Shown here piece by piece: positions 37,897-50,649 of a DNA stretch of 64,000 bases (its first letter is position 1; each line of letters starts with the position of its first letter). Below the pieces are notes generated by a model. The model saw only the letters and a program-made list of their open reading frames with translations, was not told the origin of the DNA and did no database searches. Origin of the DNA: Azolla caroliniana (Eukaryota; Plantae; Polypodiophyta). The stretch is taken from positions 12,710,001 through 12,774,000 of the forward strand of contig JBHGNT010000013.1 of the NCBI GenBank assembly GCA_043228905.1, in the 5' to 3' direction. A program made the position numbers and the translations under genes.

Positions 37897-38825
37897 GTCG
37901 TATTGCCAAAACAAGAGAAAAAAAAAAAAAGACTAGAGAAAATTTTATCTGTACAGATCTATGAAGCTCCTTCACCGATCTTGCTTCTAGAAGTACGTCC
38001 GGATCAGATCTGAGCGGAGTTGAATAGAAGAAAAGCCAAAGGACTTGACGAAGGAAAAAAAAAAAAAAAAAAACTTTCTTCTTTGAGCCGTAAACCCTAA
38101 AAAAAACCCTAGAAGGGGGCCTTCTTGAACGATCCGATCTGAGGAAAGGAAAACAGGGAAGACAAGGCCCTGCAGGGGAGAGGGAGGTCTGATTGTGAGC
38201 AGATCAGCAGAAAAGGTTTTGAAAGATGGAGGCGAAAACAGCAGGCAGGTGGAAAGAATCAAAACAAACAACACAGAGGATTGATTTACTTCTTCGTTTC
38301 TGTGTTGTGTTATGTTAAGGGGGGGTAAAGTTTTGGGGAGCCTCAGCCGGAAAACAAAAGGAAAGAAGAAAAAAAAATGAACGGAAAATTGTACTCGAGG
38401 AGTCGGCCGGAGCAGACAAACACACACACGATATCTCGATCAGACGAGATATGCTAAGAAGAAGCGGAAGCAGAAGAAGAAGAAGAAGAAGAAGAAGAAT
38501 TGAATGCAAATCACTTACCTCGTCTAGAAGCAAGTCCGAAAGAATGGTTTCAGGTAGGGACTAGGATGGCGGAGAACCTGCCCGATTTTGCATTGGAGGG
38601 GATAGGATATCGTTACCTGACCTGATCATGGATCTGTCCAAGCACTGAACTGTAATAAGACTATGCGTGTCTGTTTTTTGTCTCGAACTTCCTTTCTCAA
38701 CCAAAACCGAGTTGTGCCAAATTTGTTTTGCAGTCCGGTCCACACCATGGATTCGTTTTTGTTGGGATTTTTATAGCCATTTTGCTTCGTGTCATCACAC
38801 TATTACCTTGCAATGCACGAAGTCG

Positions 38826-38965
38826 TGCAACTTGAAGAACGAGGTGAAGTCTCAAATGTCTTGCAACTTGAAGAACAAGGTGAAGTCTCAAATGTCTTGC
38901 AACTTGAAGAACAAGGTGAAGTCTCAAATGTCTTGCAACTTGAAGAGTAAGGTAAAATCTCAAAT
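38826..38965. repeat. 36-bp minisatellite, ~4 copies, upstream of COPA
   Basis: tgcaacttgaagaacaaggtgaagtctcaaatgtct units starting at 38826, 38862, 38898 and 38934. Confidence 0.9.
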
Positions 38966-39949
38966 ATCACGCACTCTATCGAGGCTTTAGTGTGGGCCAA
39001 TGACTCTCAATGAATGTCGATGAAATAATATATTCATATAGCGTAATGATTTGAATGTGATTGGCCAAGACATCACAATAGTTCAAAAGTGAATAAAAGT
39101 GTTGTTCAAGCTTGTTGTGGTCCGGCAATCGATGTGGCCATCAACACACTTTTAATGCTTTTTAAACATGGATCCATTTCCAGGATAATGTCGATATACC
39201 CTCACATGTTTTTTTTACAAAATCATCGTCACATGTTTTACCTCTTCCAAATCACAATATGGTACACCTTTGCTACGAACACGACTATAGAAAGTGAACA
39301 TGATCAATTACATGTTAAATGTTTGTTTTCCCTTGGCATTATCATTATCAAAGGAAGATTTATGTTACCATGGTTGAGAATATATCCTTGCAACAATGTG
39401 TTGCATTAAGCTTTCATGAATTTTGAAATGAATAAGTGTATCTCCACCTGCAAACAATATTATCTTGATAAGACCCATGCAAAGGTTATTTTGAGAATAA
39501 GTGGGAGTATAAAAGTCAAAGTAAACTTTGCATTCTGTCTTACAACCCTTTTGATATTTGTTGTGAAGAAAGAAGGATAAAAATCTCATAGTTGTTAAAA
39601 AATGTGTATTTTGTGTTTAGAATATGTTTTAGAAAGTATTTTATACGTATTCTACATTTTAGATGTGCTATTTGAGATATATCACATACTTAACGTTTCC
39701 AAAAAGGTTTAATAATAATTATTTTTAAATATTTGTCTTTTAAAATAACTTTGAAATCTAAGAAGTATTTAACGTATTTTATTTGCATAATACATATTCT
39801 AAGTATTTATAAAATAGAGAGCAAAATACTTTTAGAATACTTAGCATCCGTATATTGTATGCTAGGTATTCTATAACTTTGATCAGATGGGGATCATATG
39901 CTATGGATTTACCTACGCATATGATGACTTGCAATTTCCTTGATTGCAA

Positions 39950-40600
39950 GATATGTGTTTATTGTTTACACTCACAACTATGGATATATTTTGTCCAATA
40001 TTTCATTGAGAAGGAAGGTGTAACACATGGGAAGACAACACTTTGAGTATCGTAGTGGTAATCGCTCAATGGAAGTATTCCACTTAAAATTTATCGTTCT
40101 TGATGTGATCAATGCTTGGTTGCCTTATGGCACGAAACACTCTCTCTATTTTTATGGGATTCATCATATAGTCATTGGCAATTAATGGTCAGGAAGTTGC
40201 TTTTGGCGATATGTTCACACATTTTAAATGACACATTCTTTATATGCCCAATTGCTAAAGCCATTTGGTTATTATGTTTCAACCTTGGGCATCATTAAAT
40301 AAGAAAATGTTATCACCCTTTTATCGAGGAAGCTAAAGTTTTGTCCCCCCTCTTGTATAAGATTATGTTTTTTATTACCATATACACATATTGTTGTCCA
40401 TTGTACAACTGGAGTATGGGAAATGGGTTCTTGTACGACAGGTACGTAGACTAAATACAAAATTGATTTGGCAATTCATATAATGTCTAGCATATTGTCT
40501 TCAAAGATTCATGGTGGAGAATATGCTTTCATGGCCGCTTTGTCTCCTTTGTGAAACAAAGCATTCACGTGCGTAATTCTTCACTTTCCACTCTAATTAT
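39950..40600 (+). mobile_element. Highly decayed LINE 3' remnant (zf-RVT-like)
   Basis: The peptide FFICPIAKAIW at ~40235-40270 resembles the H-x-F-x-x-C-x-x-A-x-x-IW motif of plant L1 ORF2. Boundaries are uncertain. Confidence 0.35.
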
Positions 40601-43163
40601 GGTTGCTCAACAAACTTAGTTGACACTCATGGTCTACATGTTGCTAAAGTTGCAATTTCTCAAACATTTAACAAATTCACACCATCCATTTCAAATAAGA
40701 TATATTCAGTCACCATAAACGTCATCCAACTTGACAACTTAGAGAGGCTATAGACTAAATTGCATGAGGACACCACAACTCTCTAAAATAATGAAAGAAT
40801 TGTTCATGCATGTTCTCCTCAAACAATCGTAAAATACTCTACTTTATATTTTAGGTGGCCTTATCTAGAAGTTTCTTCAATTGTGATATTGCTTATTGGA
40901 GATGATGAACATGTTTTAGTCATAAAAAGTCATTGTCGTTCATTAGTGTAGTAATTGTCTCTTTTTGTCAACTTTCAAATTTGCTACTTGTTAAACTTAT
41001 CCTTTTCCTTAGTTTACCTTAGCCTAAAGATGTTTTAATTCATTCACTAATATATTTTTTGGATACTAGACTTTAGTTATGCGTTTGATGTAGATTGAAG
41101 ATATTAGCATTATCTATAATAGACATTGTTGTTCCATAGTTCATACATTGTTGAAAGGGGAAATAAGTGATGCGCGCTAGGAGTGAATGGACTTGCACAT
41201 CCTCATGTTGGACACTCTCGTTGAAGATGGTGGAAGACAAGATGAACTCGGAACTAGGAGCAAGGATACCACAAAGATAAAGCCAAAATGCAACCTCCAT
41301 TGATGCATTTTGATGAGTCCCAATAGAGTGTATGTTATTGGGAAGAAGTATGATCGTTGTCCACACAACATGAAGTGAACTTTGCCCTTGCACTCTTCCT
41401 TTTTGGGATGACGTCAAAGAATCTTAGATTCCTTTCCAACACATGCCATACACAATCCAACGGCCTTTTTTGAATTTTCTCTACTCCCTCTCTTTCATAT
41501 TTTCTCCTTTTTTCTCTCACGAGACTTATGTATATTTATCGTCCCACACCTATGAAATAGTTACTCTATATTTGTGTAGTCTTCTTGATGAAAAAACAAC
41601 CATCTGAAGCTCAACGCCATTCTCTTTCTTTCTTTCTTTCTTTCTTTCAATTAATTAACCTTTCTCTCTAAGCCTTTGAAGCCTTTAAAATATATGCTAC
41701 ATGCCTACCCTTGCAAAAGGGTTATGCGGGTTGTCGACCCTGCCCTCATGTGATGAATCTTTTCCATGTTTCTACTCTCATGAACCAACTCTTCTATTGT
41801 TTTCTCGTCTTTCTAGCAAGTGTTATGGGGAGCTCTTATACATACAAGTTATGCCACGATGCGTGTGAAAAGAGAGAAGGTCACACTACATGAATTTACA
41901 AACCCAACAGGCTTGATGAGTGAAATATACATGCATATATATATATATATATATATAGTTTAGACTCTAGAGTGTGCAAGTGTGCATTCTACAATATATA
42001 TTTTATAGTGTGCAATTCTACACGAGTTATTGTATTGTTCTACATTTGGGTGTTTTTTATATAATTGTGGGGGCTACCCTCTCAAGGGGGTTTTACATAA
42101 TTGTGGAGCCTACCCCTCGTGAAGTTCTTTCATTTCTGTGCTTCCTCCTCTATCTAGTAGTATCAAACAAGGAAGCAAGGCTCTTCTTTTTTACATCTTC
42201 TTGTTTCGTCTCTCTGCAGGATCGGCTTCCGGGCACAGCAGAACAGAACAGAGCAGAGCAGAGTACGTATTTTCCCTCTCTCTTTGCTTTTTTTTTTCTC
42301 TATCAAGAATCTGAGAGAGACAGAGAGGTACAGAAGGGGATACGTACAGAGACAGAGAGAGAGAGAGAGAGAAAGTGAGAGAGAGATTCTGTGTCAGATA
42401 GGCATGGCGAATCTTTCTTCTTCACCATCGTCTACATTAGCTCCATGTAACTGTGCATTTTGGCAAGAGTTCGTGATTCCATAGATTCTTGGCAGTGAGC
42501 ATTTTTCTAGTTTTATTTCTTTCATTTTTCTAGTTCCGGACACCAATCTATTTGGACTGGTTGATACATAGTCTTTTATGCAGTCAATGGAATACTGACC
42601 TACGGTTCTCGTTTGTATGATATCTTCTTCTTATCCTTCTTCTAGTAATACAGATCCTTCTTGAAAGAAATCTACATATCTATGTACGTAGGTATCTTTC
42701 GGAATACACACGTATATATGATATCACGAAGGCTGATAGTGGTGGAAATGGGTATATGCTTCATAATCCGATTTTACAAAGAGGAAAGTCCTAGGCCATA
42801 TCCCTGAGTTTTTATTCATTCCTGTAAATGCCCCCCCCCCCCCCCCCCCCCCCCCATATTCGTTATATTTCCCAGAAAGAGAGAAATGTTGGCCTCGTGA
42901 TTACTCAAATAGTGCATATTATAGAGAAACAAAGGCGTTGAATCTACCAAATAACCTCATAAATAGCACATATGACTGCTAAAGAGTGATGGCTGCATTT
43001 GGAGAAATCAAGAAAACTTTGGGACACATGGGCATGGCAATAAATAAAAACTTAAAAGGACATTTCAGAGTATTAACATAACCATTTAGATTTGGAGAAA
43101 AGTTTCGTTGAAAGATAAGAATTTCATATATGTTCTTGCTTTTTGCCAGCCATCAAATTCCCA

Positions 43164-44501
43164 ATGTCATCAATAAAGGAACTTCAACAACAGTTGGAGA
43201 TTCGTGCGTCAGCTCTGAATAAACTACAAAAGGGTATCATTTACTTTAAAATGCATAAAATGAGGTCATTGAGCTGTGCATGTAATTTTGGAGTTTTTCC
43301 ATCTTAATAGATATAGCAAAGAATCATCAAGTAAGACGTCAATATACGATTCAACAGGGGGAAAATGAGATGGTTCAAAAGGTATCATGTGGTTATATGC
43401 TGTTCTTACTATGCATTTCCTTAAAGATAATTATTGGTAGTGGTTCCTATCACATATTTTAAATCTTCCATATGATTTTGACTTTCCGTTTTTTATCCCT
43501 ATTTTCTCATTGTTTCATGATGACTTTATATGATTAGGAGTTAGAGATTCTTGACGATGATACAAACGTCTACAAACTTATTGGCCCTGTGTTAGTGAAG
43601 CAAGACTTGGTTGAAGCAAAGGCAAATGTCAATAAACGCATTGAATATATTAGTGGAGAATTGTATGTTTCTTTTTTCTCTAAGCTTCAAATTTGTACAA
43701 TGCAATCTATCAATTGTTGCATTTTCAAACAATAATGTGAAGGCATGATAAGGATTATTGAGAATTATTATTTGTATTGTGTGTGCCCTTAGACTGTAAA
43801 GTTTGAAATTTGAATCATTGTTATTTGACTCCAGAATTTATACGAATGTATTTGGTAATGATATGTTGCATAGAAGGATTCTTGTTTTCTGTAAACAACA
43901 CTAGATAAGCTCAAGTTAGTTTTGCTTATTGTTCAGCGATTCCTAGCACTCACACTCACACTCACATGTATGACTCGTAGCACTCACACATGCCGCTCTC
44001 TGTGGAGATATTCAACTAAAACCTACAAGTTTTGAAACATATTTAGCTTTGAGATAGTGGAATATGAGGAAACATTATGTCGTGAAACTTTCCTTACCGT
44101 TGAGGTTTTCCATGAGTAAAAAATAGCAAGTATGAACATTTTTGTGTATTTGATCTTCCTATTGATGGCATGCATAGCAACCAAATAAGTAGATAGATGA
44201 TAGGAACCCAATTGGGACCAGATTTTACCCAAGTATTGACTTCGATTGTGGGATGTGAAAACAATTTACAGAAGGCGCTTAGATGCAACACTTAAAGGTC
44301 TAGAAGAGCAGCAGAATACAAAAAAAGATGAGGTATGAGTCTCATAGAAGTTTATTTATTTAAGTACCCTACGTTGAGTTTGTTTTGTCTTTTTTTAACA
44401 ATGTTTCATATGCGTTCATATATATGACTTGAGGATGCAATCAGGTAATTAAATTGCAGCAACGGATTCAAACCCTTCAGCCTGGAAAAGCAAGGGCATG
44501 A
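43164..44501 (+). CDS. PFD6: Prefoldin subunit 6, 127 aa; exons 43164-43233, 43311-43381, 43538-43662, 44272-44332, 44445-44501
   Basis: Spliced translation MSSIKELQQQLEIRASALNKLQKDIAKNHQVRRQYTIQQGENEMVQKELEILDDDTNVYKLIGPVLVKQDLVEAKANVNKRIEYISGELRRLDATLKGLEEQQNTKKDEVIKLQQRIQTLQPGKARA*. All introns are GT-AG and the total is 384 nt. Confidence 0.95.
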
Positions 44502-46789
44502 TATTCTCTTGCAGTGTTTTTGTAACAAGACTTTTTGGGTATCGAAAGGAAGTTGAAGGTAGATGTTAACTTTCTTTTTATGATTAAGAATCATAGGTTT
44601 TGAAGGTGAAAACTAATGTAATATGTCTGATCCTGGGTTTAGTGAAATCATTTTCACTTGAACCAGAGCTACACTCAAAATATATATTATATATCCCAGG
44701 CATTCATCACCAACGGTTGTTTACAACATAAAACAAATTTATTACTGCTAAGTTGTTTGAGAGCACTGTATTTGACCTTTGTTCACTCTCTTGTGGTTGG
44801 CAATGTCTTATGGTATTTATGAAAGGAGCAATCAGTGGTATTACCAAAATTGGACATAGAAAATACTAGCCTTTTTGGTCATGCACAAATCATGATACAT
44901 TGGAGGCAACAATGCATGGGACGATATCATCTCTAAGTGGTTCTCAGAAACTTTATGACATGAATGTATCAATGTGCTTTTAAAAAGCTCAGAATGCAAG
45001 CATTGTAGAAAATCTCTTAACATTTACAGGATTCATCCTATGCCAGAGAATATGAAAACAATTTCCCTATGTTTTGTAAGATCCAAATATTCTAATTTGT
45101 CTTGTTGTCAGAAGGCTAACAATGAATTTAGATGGCGTATTCATGAGTTTCTATTGCAGATCATAACTACGGATTTTGTAAAATGATCATAATATCAAAA
45201 CCTGTTCTTTGGGATGTAAACCCAGATCCTTGTTGCAAAGAACATTCAGTGCTGGAAATGGGAATCCACAACTTTAATATAATATATCAAAATACGAGCT
45301 TTACCACCTCATGCTAGTGCATATATGATATATATTGTAGAATTTCAAATGCGTTTTTTTATAAGTCTCTCCTATGATGCATAAAGTTAATGCTTCCCAC
45401 TATTAATTCAGTATATAATGGGTTATCATTTCCATTTATGATATCTTCTACGCTGTTCATTTGTCTCCATAAAGATGCAGTAGAATTCACTCACATTGTT
45501 GCAAGTCAATCCTCATACATGGTTAAAATGATATTGTTAAGAGTTGATGATGGTTTCTTGTTATCTGCAATATGTGATGTAGTGCATGAAGTGTGAGCCT
45601 CTGAATTTTTGACAAGCTATGATGTCTTAGCACTGATAAAAAGCCTCAAAATTGGCTACACATGCTGGCAGGCCATCACGAAATAAGCAAGCCCTCATGA
45701 TTTTGTTTTTCTCCAAATTGGGTATTCCTGACTTTTATCCAACCTGAGCTCAATATTTTGCTTTTGTGGAGCCTTTGGATCTTACTTGCAGCCAACAAAG
45801 TTAAGACATAGATTTGTGAAGGGTATGCTGTATCAAAAACATGTGTTCCACAACAATTTCCTTGTCAGTAATCTTGTTGGGAATCCCAAGATTTAAGAGT
45901 CCACTTAGAGATGATATCACCCCATACTTAAACCCCATAAAGAACTAGTCTCACCAATGTCTCTAGAAGGTATTCCTTGAGAGCCTTCTCTTGTTGTGCA
46001 TGTTCTCGATGCACTCACTATTTGTACTTCCCACGCAACCCATTCTCATCTATAATCAAAGAAACTCAAGGTCAAATTATTTCTACCACGTCAAGTGGAT
46101 CATTATTGTGATTTGGAGTCATTGATGACAACCCACTACGAGTACATGTGAGGTTTTCTAAGAAAATCATATTGACATATTATCCATCTTCTAACATATG
46201 AGCTTAAGAGTGGCACATAATCTAGAAGTATGAAATGCTTGATCATAGCATTCATCAATAGTCTCTTCGGGGAATTTTTGTTTAGGGAAAAAGTAGAGGA
46301 ATATGGGTCTCATACAATGCATGTTCACTATCAACATGCATCCACATCCATGTATGAAACTCCTAACTTAAATCATAGCTTTGTGTGGATTGATTCATGT
46401 AACTTCTCCAAATGATTGGAATTTTGATTTAATGAATGTGATTGATAGAAGTCTCCTATTAGTCGCAATTGTGTGCACTTCTTCTTGCATGTTCAAGAAT
46501 GAACCGACGAATAGTTTAGCTTTGAAGTTTGGAATGATCACTCCTTGGTAAACTCATTTAAAAAGAAAAGATGCACAAATAACCTTCTAAAATATTTGGG
46601 AAGAGCATGGGAGAAGCTTGTTTCTCTTTCTTTAACAATGGGATAACAAGGCGAAAAATGGCAATGTTTGAGTAAAAACAATTAGGCAGTGGGTGACAAG
46701 AGTGAAAAACCAGGTCAACAAGCAACAATAATGATGACGGCGATAATGTAACTATTCTTTCTAAACAAGCAATTAAAGTGAGTGAGATG

Positions 46790-46810
46790 TTTTAATTAGG
46801 TAATTAGTTC

Positions 46811-46841
<31 letters not shown>

Positions 46842-47130
46842 GCATGCATGCAATTGATTAAGAATGAAACTTAGAGGATTGGCATCGGAGTGAAATATTA
46901 GGACTTTCCGTCCTAATTGTTTTATGCTAATCATAGTTAAATGTAGCAAGTAATAAGGCATGGCTAGATGCTTTAATCAGGTAATTAGTTCCACACACAC
47001 ACACATGCGGTTGATTAAGAATGGGACTTAGAGGATTGGCATCGGAGTGGAATATTAGGAGTTTCGGTCCTAACTTTTTTTCACTAATCATAGTTAAATG
47101 TAGTAAGTACATAACAAGGCAAGGCTATTA
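46790..47130. repeat. ~180-bp tandem duplication containing (CA)n, upstream of the PPR gene
   Basis: ggtaattagttccacacac...cttagaggattggcatcggagtg...ctaatcatagttaaatgtag occurs twice, starting near 46790 and 46970. Confidence 0.85.
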
Positions 47131-47357
47131 TCTATCTATTCTATTATAAAAAAAAAAGGCTCTGTCTCTTCTTTATCCCACGAGCACTCTCGTTTATGTG
47201 TACATATGTGTTAAATCAAGCTCTTCCTCATCATTCACACGTCAAAGGTTCGAATCTTCTGTCTTCCAAAAACACAAACAGAAGATAGAATTATGAGCTC
47301 TTCTTCTTCACCATCACCATCACCATCACCATCCTCATCATCTTCTTCTTCAGCTTC

Positions 47358-50165
47358 ATGGATTCATGGACCCTTCTCAGTCGTTCTGCTACAGCCCACA
47401 CCATAGCCAGGTACGCATTATGCATCGTTATCTGAAGAACGCGCATTCTGCTAGTTTTCCTTTATTTCCCTTAGGTGTCCCTACGTTTTCTTTATTTCCT
47501 CAGATGCCCTTTTTCTCGAACCACCCTCCCCTGAAAGAGAGAAATTGTACGTGCTATAGTTGCACAATTTCATCGGTGGGTGGCTTCGTCTTCTAACTTT
47601 TCTCAATTGTATGTGCTATTTGAGCCATTATACAGTCCATTGTTCCCCTTTCCCCCCTCTCTTTCCTGGCTTGTGATTGGGAAATAACAAAAATCAGGGG
47701 CATTCGGGGAAATAAGGGAAGACTCGAGTGGATGAGGGTGTATTTTAAACATTCCCTGTAATAATATTCAAAGGTTCCCTGAATTCGTATATAATTACAG
47801 AGAGGCCCTAATTCCAGCAACAAACAAAAACAAACAAGTAAACCAAAATGGATTAATAGATAAACAACAGCCTTCCATTAAAGAAAAGTTAAAAGAGCCC
47901 AAATTTCTCAAATCCACAAATAAATTGGTCAATCCCGATGATGTGCGAGATAACCTGCGGTGTCATGATGATCGAGCGACACTTTTGAATGCCATTAAGT
48001 CGTGCCGGAAAGAAAAGAACATATGGAAAGTACGTCAGGTACATGCCAGTGTTCTTAAAAAGAACTTGATTGCGAAGGATGTTGCTGTTGGTACCGCATT
48101 AATTACAACATATGCCAAATGTGGTGCATTGGAAGAAGCACAAGAAGTATTCGAGCAGCTTCGAGCTCATGATGTCGTGTGTTGGAGTGCCTTGATCTCT
48201 GGATATGCCCAAAATGGGCTCGGGAATGAAGCATTGAAATGCTTCAGACATATGAGAGATTCCGGTGTCTGTCCAAATGCAGTCACTTACATTTGCGTTT
48301 TGAAAGCTTGTGGCATTGTTGGCTCTTTAGATGTAGGGGAAGATATCGATGCTGAGGTCAGAAAACAAGGGTTATTAGAGAATGACATCATACTCGGCAA
48401 TGCATTGATTGACATGTATTCCAAATGTGGTGCATTGGAGAAAGCACGAGAAGTGTTCGAGAACCTTTGTGTGCCAGATGTTGTGTCTTGGACTTCCTTG
48501 ATCGCCGGATATGCCCGAAATGGGCTTGGTAATGAAGCATTGAAATGCTTTCGACAGATGAAAATGGCAAAAGTTTGTCCAAATGCAGTTACTTATATCT
48601 GTGTTTTAAAGGCTTGTGGCCTTGTGGGGTCTCTAGAGATTGGAGAAGATATAGATGCTGAGGTCAGAAAGCAAGGGCTATTGCGAAACAATGTTGTGCT
48701 TGGCACTACATTGGTGGACATGTATTCAAAATGTGGTGCAATGGAGAAAGCACGGGAGGTGTTTGAACAGATTCCAGGGCATAATGTTGTGACTTGGAGT
48801 GCTTTAATTGGTGGATATGCCCAAAATGGATTGGGTGAAGAAGCATTAAGATGCTTCAAACAGATGAAAGACGTGGGAGTTCATCCAGATGTGGTAACCT
48901 TTGTATGTGCCTTGAAAGCTTGTAGCATTGTTGGATCTCTAGAGATTGGGGAAGATATATATACTGAGGTTAAAACGCAAGGGTTATTGCACAAAAACAT
49001 TGTGCTTGGCACGGCGTTGGTGGATATGTACTCCAAGTGTGGTGTGATGGAGAAAGCACAACAAGTTTTTGAGGAGCTTCCAGTGCGGGAAGTTGTGACT
49101 TGGAGTGCCCTGATTGCTGGATATGCCCAATGTGGGCTTGGTAATGAAGCGTTGAGATGCTATCGACAGATGCAAGATGCTGGAGTCTCTCCGGATGTTG
49201 TGACCTATATCAGCATTTTGAAAGCATGTAGCATTGTGGGTTCTCTAGAAATTGGGGAAGATATAGGAACTGAGATAAGACAGTCAGGGTTATTGCTGAC
49301 GGATGTTGTGCTTGGCACTGCATTAGTGGACATGTATTCCAAATGTGGCGCGCTCGATAAAACACAGCAAGTGTTTCAACAGATGCCTGTGCGGGAGGTT
49401 GTGACTTGGAGTGTGATGATTTCTGGATATGCCCAGCATGGCCTGGGAGATGAAGCATTGAAATGCTACAAGGAGATGAAAGATGCAGGACTTTGTCCAG
49501 ATGCCATAACATATAGTTGCGTTTTGAAAGCTTGTGGTACTGTGGGTTCTCTACACATTGGAGAAGATATAGTTTTGGAGGCCAAGGAGCAAAGTTTGCT
49601 ACAGAAAAATGTTGTGCTCAACACTGCATTGGTGGACATGTATTCCAAGTGTGGTGCATTACAGAAAGCACGAGAAGTGTTTGAGCAGCTTTCTGTGCAG
49701 GATGTTGTGTCCTGGAATTCTCTTATCGCAGGATATGCCCAGTTAGGTCAAGCTAATGTGGTTTTTGATCTGTATAGAAGAATGAAAACCGAAGATATTG
49801 TGCCAAATTTGATTACCTTCATTGTTTTACTGAATGCATGTAGTCATGCAGGTCTAGTGAAGGAGGGAGAAACCTTATTTGATGAGATGCGCTGTGTATA
49901 TTGCCTCACTCCAACACTAGAACACTATACCTGTATGATTGATCTCTTTGGCCGTGCTGGACACTTTGACAAGTTGAATGTCTTGCTTGACAAGGTTCTT
50001 CAATCGGGGCATCATTCGATTTTCCGAACAATCTTAGGTTCATGTCAAAAATGGGGAGTTGTAAAGCTTGGGAGATGGGCATTTGAACAATCAGTAAAGT
50101 TGGATGAAAATTGTGCGGGTGCATATATTTGTATGCGAAATATATCTGCAGCAGCTGGAATGTAG
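47358..50165 (+). CDS. PLS-class pentatricopeptide repeat protein with E domain and no DYW (putative organellar RNA-editing factor); proposed exons 47358-47410 and 47801-50165 (805 aa)
   Basis: About six 102-aa S-P-L triplets (LVDMYSKCG / VVTWSALI.GYAQ / TYICVLKAC), then LLNACSHAGLV, EHYTCMIDLFGRAG and an E-like tail. The frame is open back to acceptor ttacag(47800), and ATG 47358 with donor gtacgc(47411) matches phase 2. Exon 1 is less certain than the PPR call. Confidence 0.9.
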
Positions 50166-50649
50166 AGGCAATTAAAAGTGAGGCATTGAGAGTGTGATAA
50201 CTATAGCATTGAACTAGGAAGATACCAAAACGTTTCCTTGTTAATGGATTGTGCCAATCCTATACTTAGCATATCTTGTAAATCGCCCGTCCATTGTGGG
50301 AAATTGTGCCTATATATGTTACCAAGAACATACATAGTTTTATGGTGATTTACATTTCAAGCCATCTTGCATTTGTTAATAATGATAGAGAAGCGGAGGT
50401 TTGGGCTGAATGATGCAATCTATATTCATGTGATAGGGGATTGAATTCAGGGAGATGCAAATTATGTCACTTGAGATGTTATTTAGATGTTCGGAGGTTC
50501 AAATGTGTTGTAAATCCTATGCCAGACTATCCATATCCATCTGTGCACTTCAAGATAGAGCTTGAATGGGGATCTGGACAAATGCTGGATAATAAAACTG
50601 TTGAAAGCTGAAGAGACGATTTCATTATTAGGTAGGGGCTCAATATGTG

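Noticed and set aside
38826-38965. 36-bp repeats of CRISPR-like length, and the repetitive ORFs overlapping them
   Set aside because: The units are head to tail with no spacers or cas genes, in a eukaryotic context. This is a minisatellite.
39000-39600. Possible LINE endonuclease remnant on the minus strand
   Set aside because: No convincing motif could be read through the decay.
47245-47260. B-box-like ggttcgaatct upstream of the PPR gene
   Set aside because: No A box at a suitable distance.
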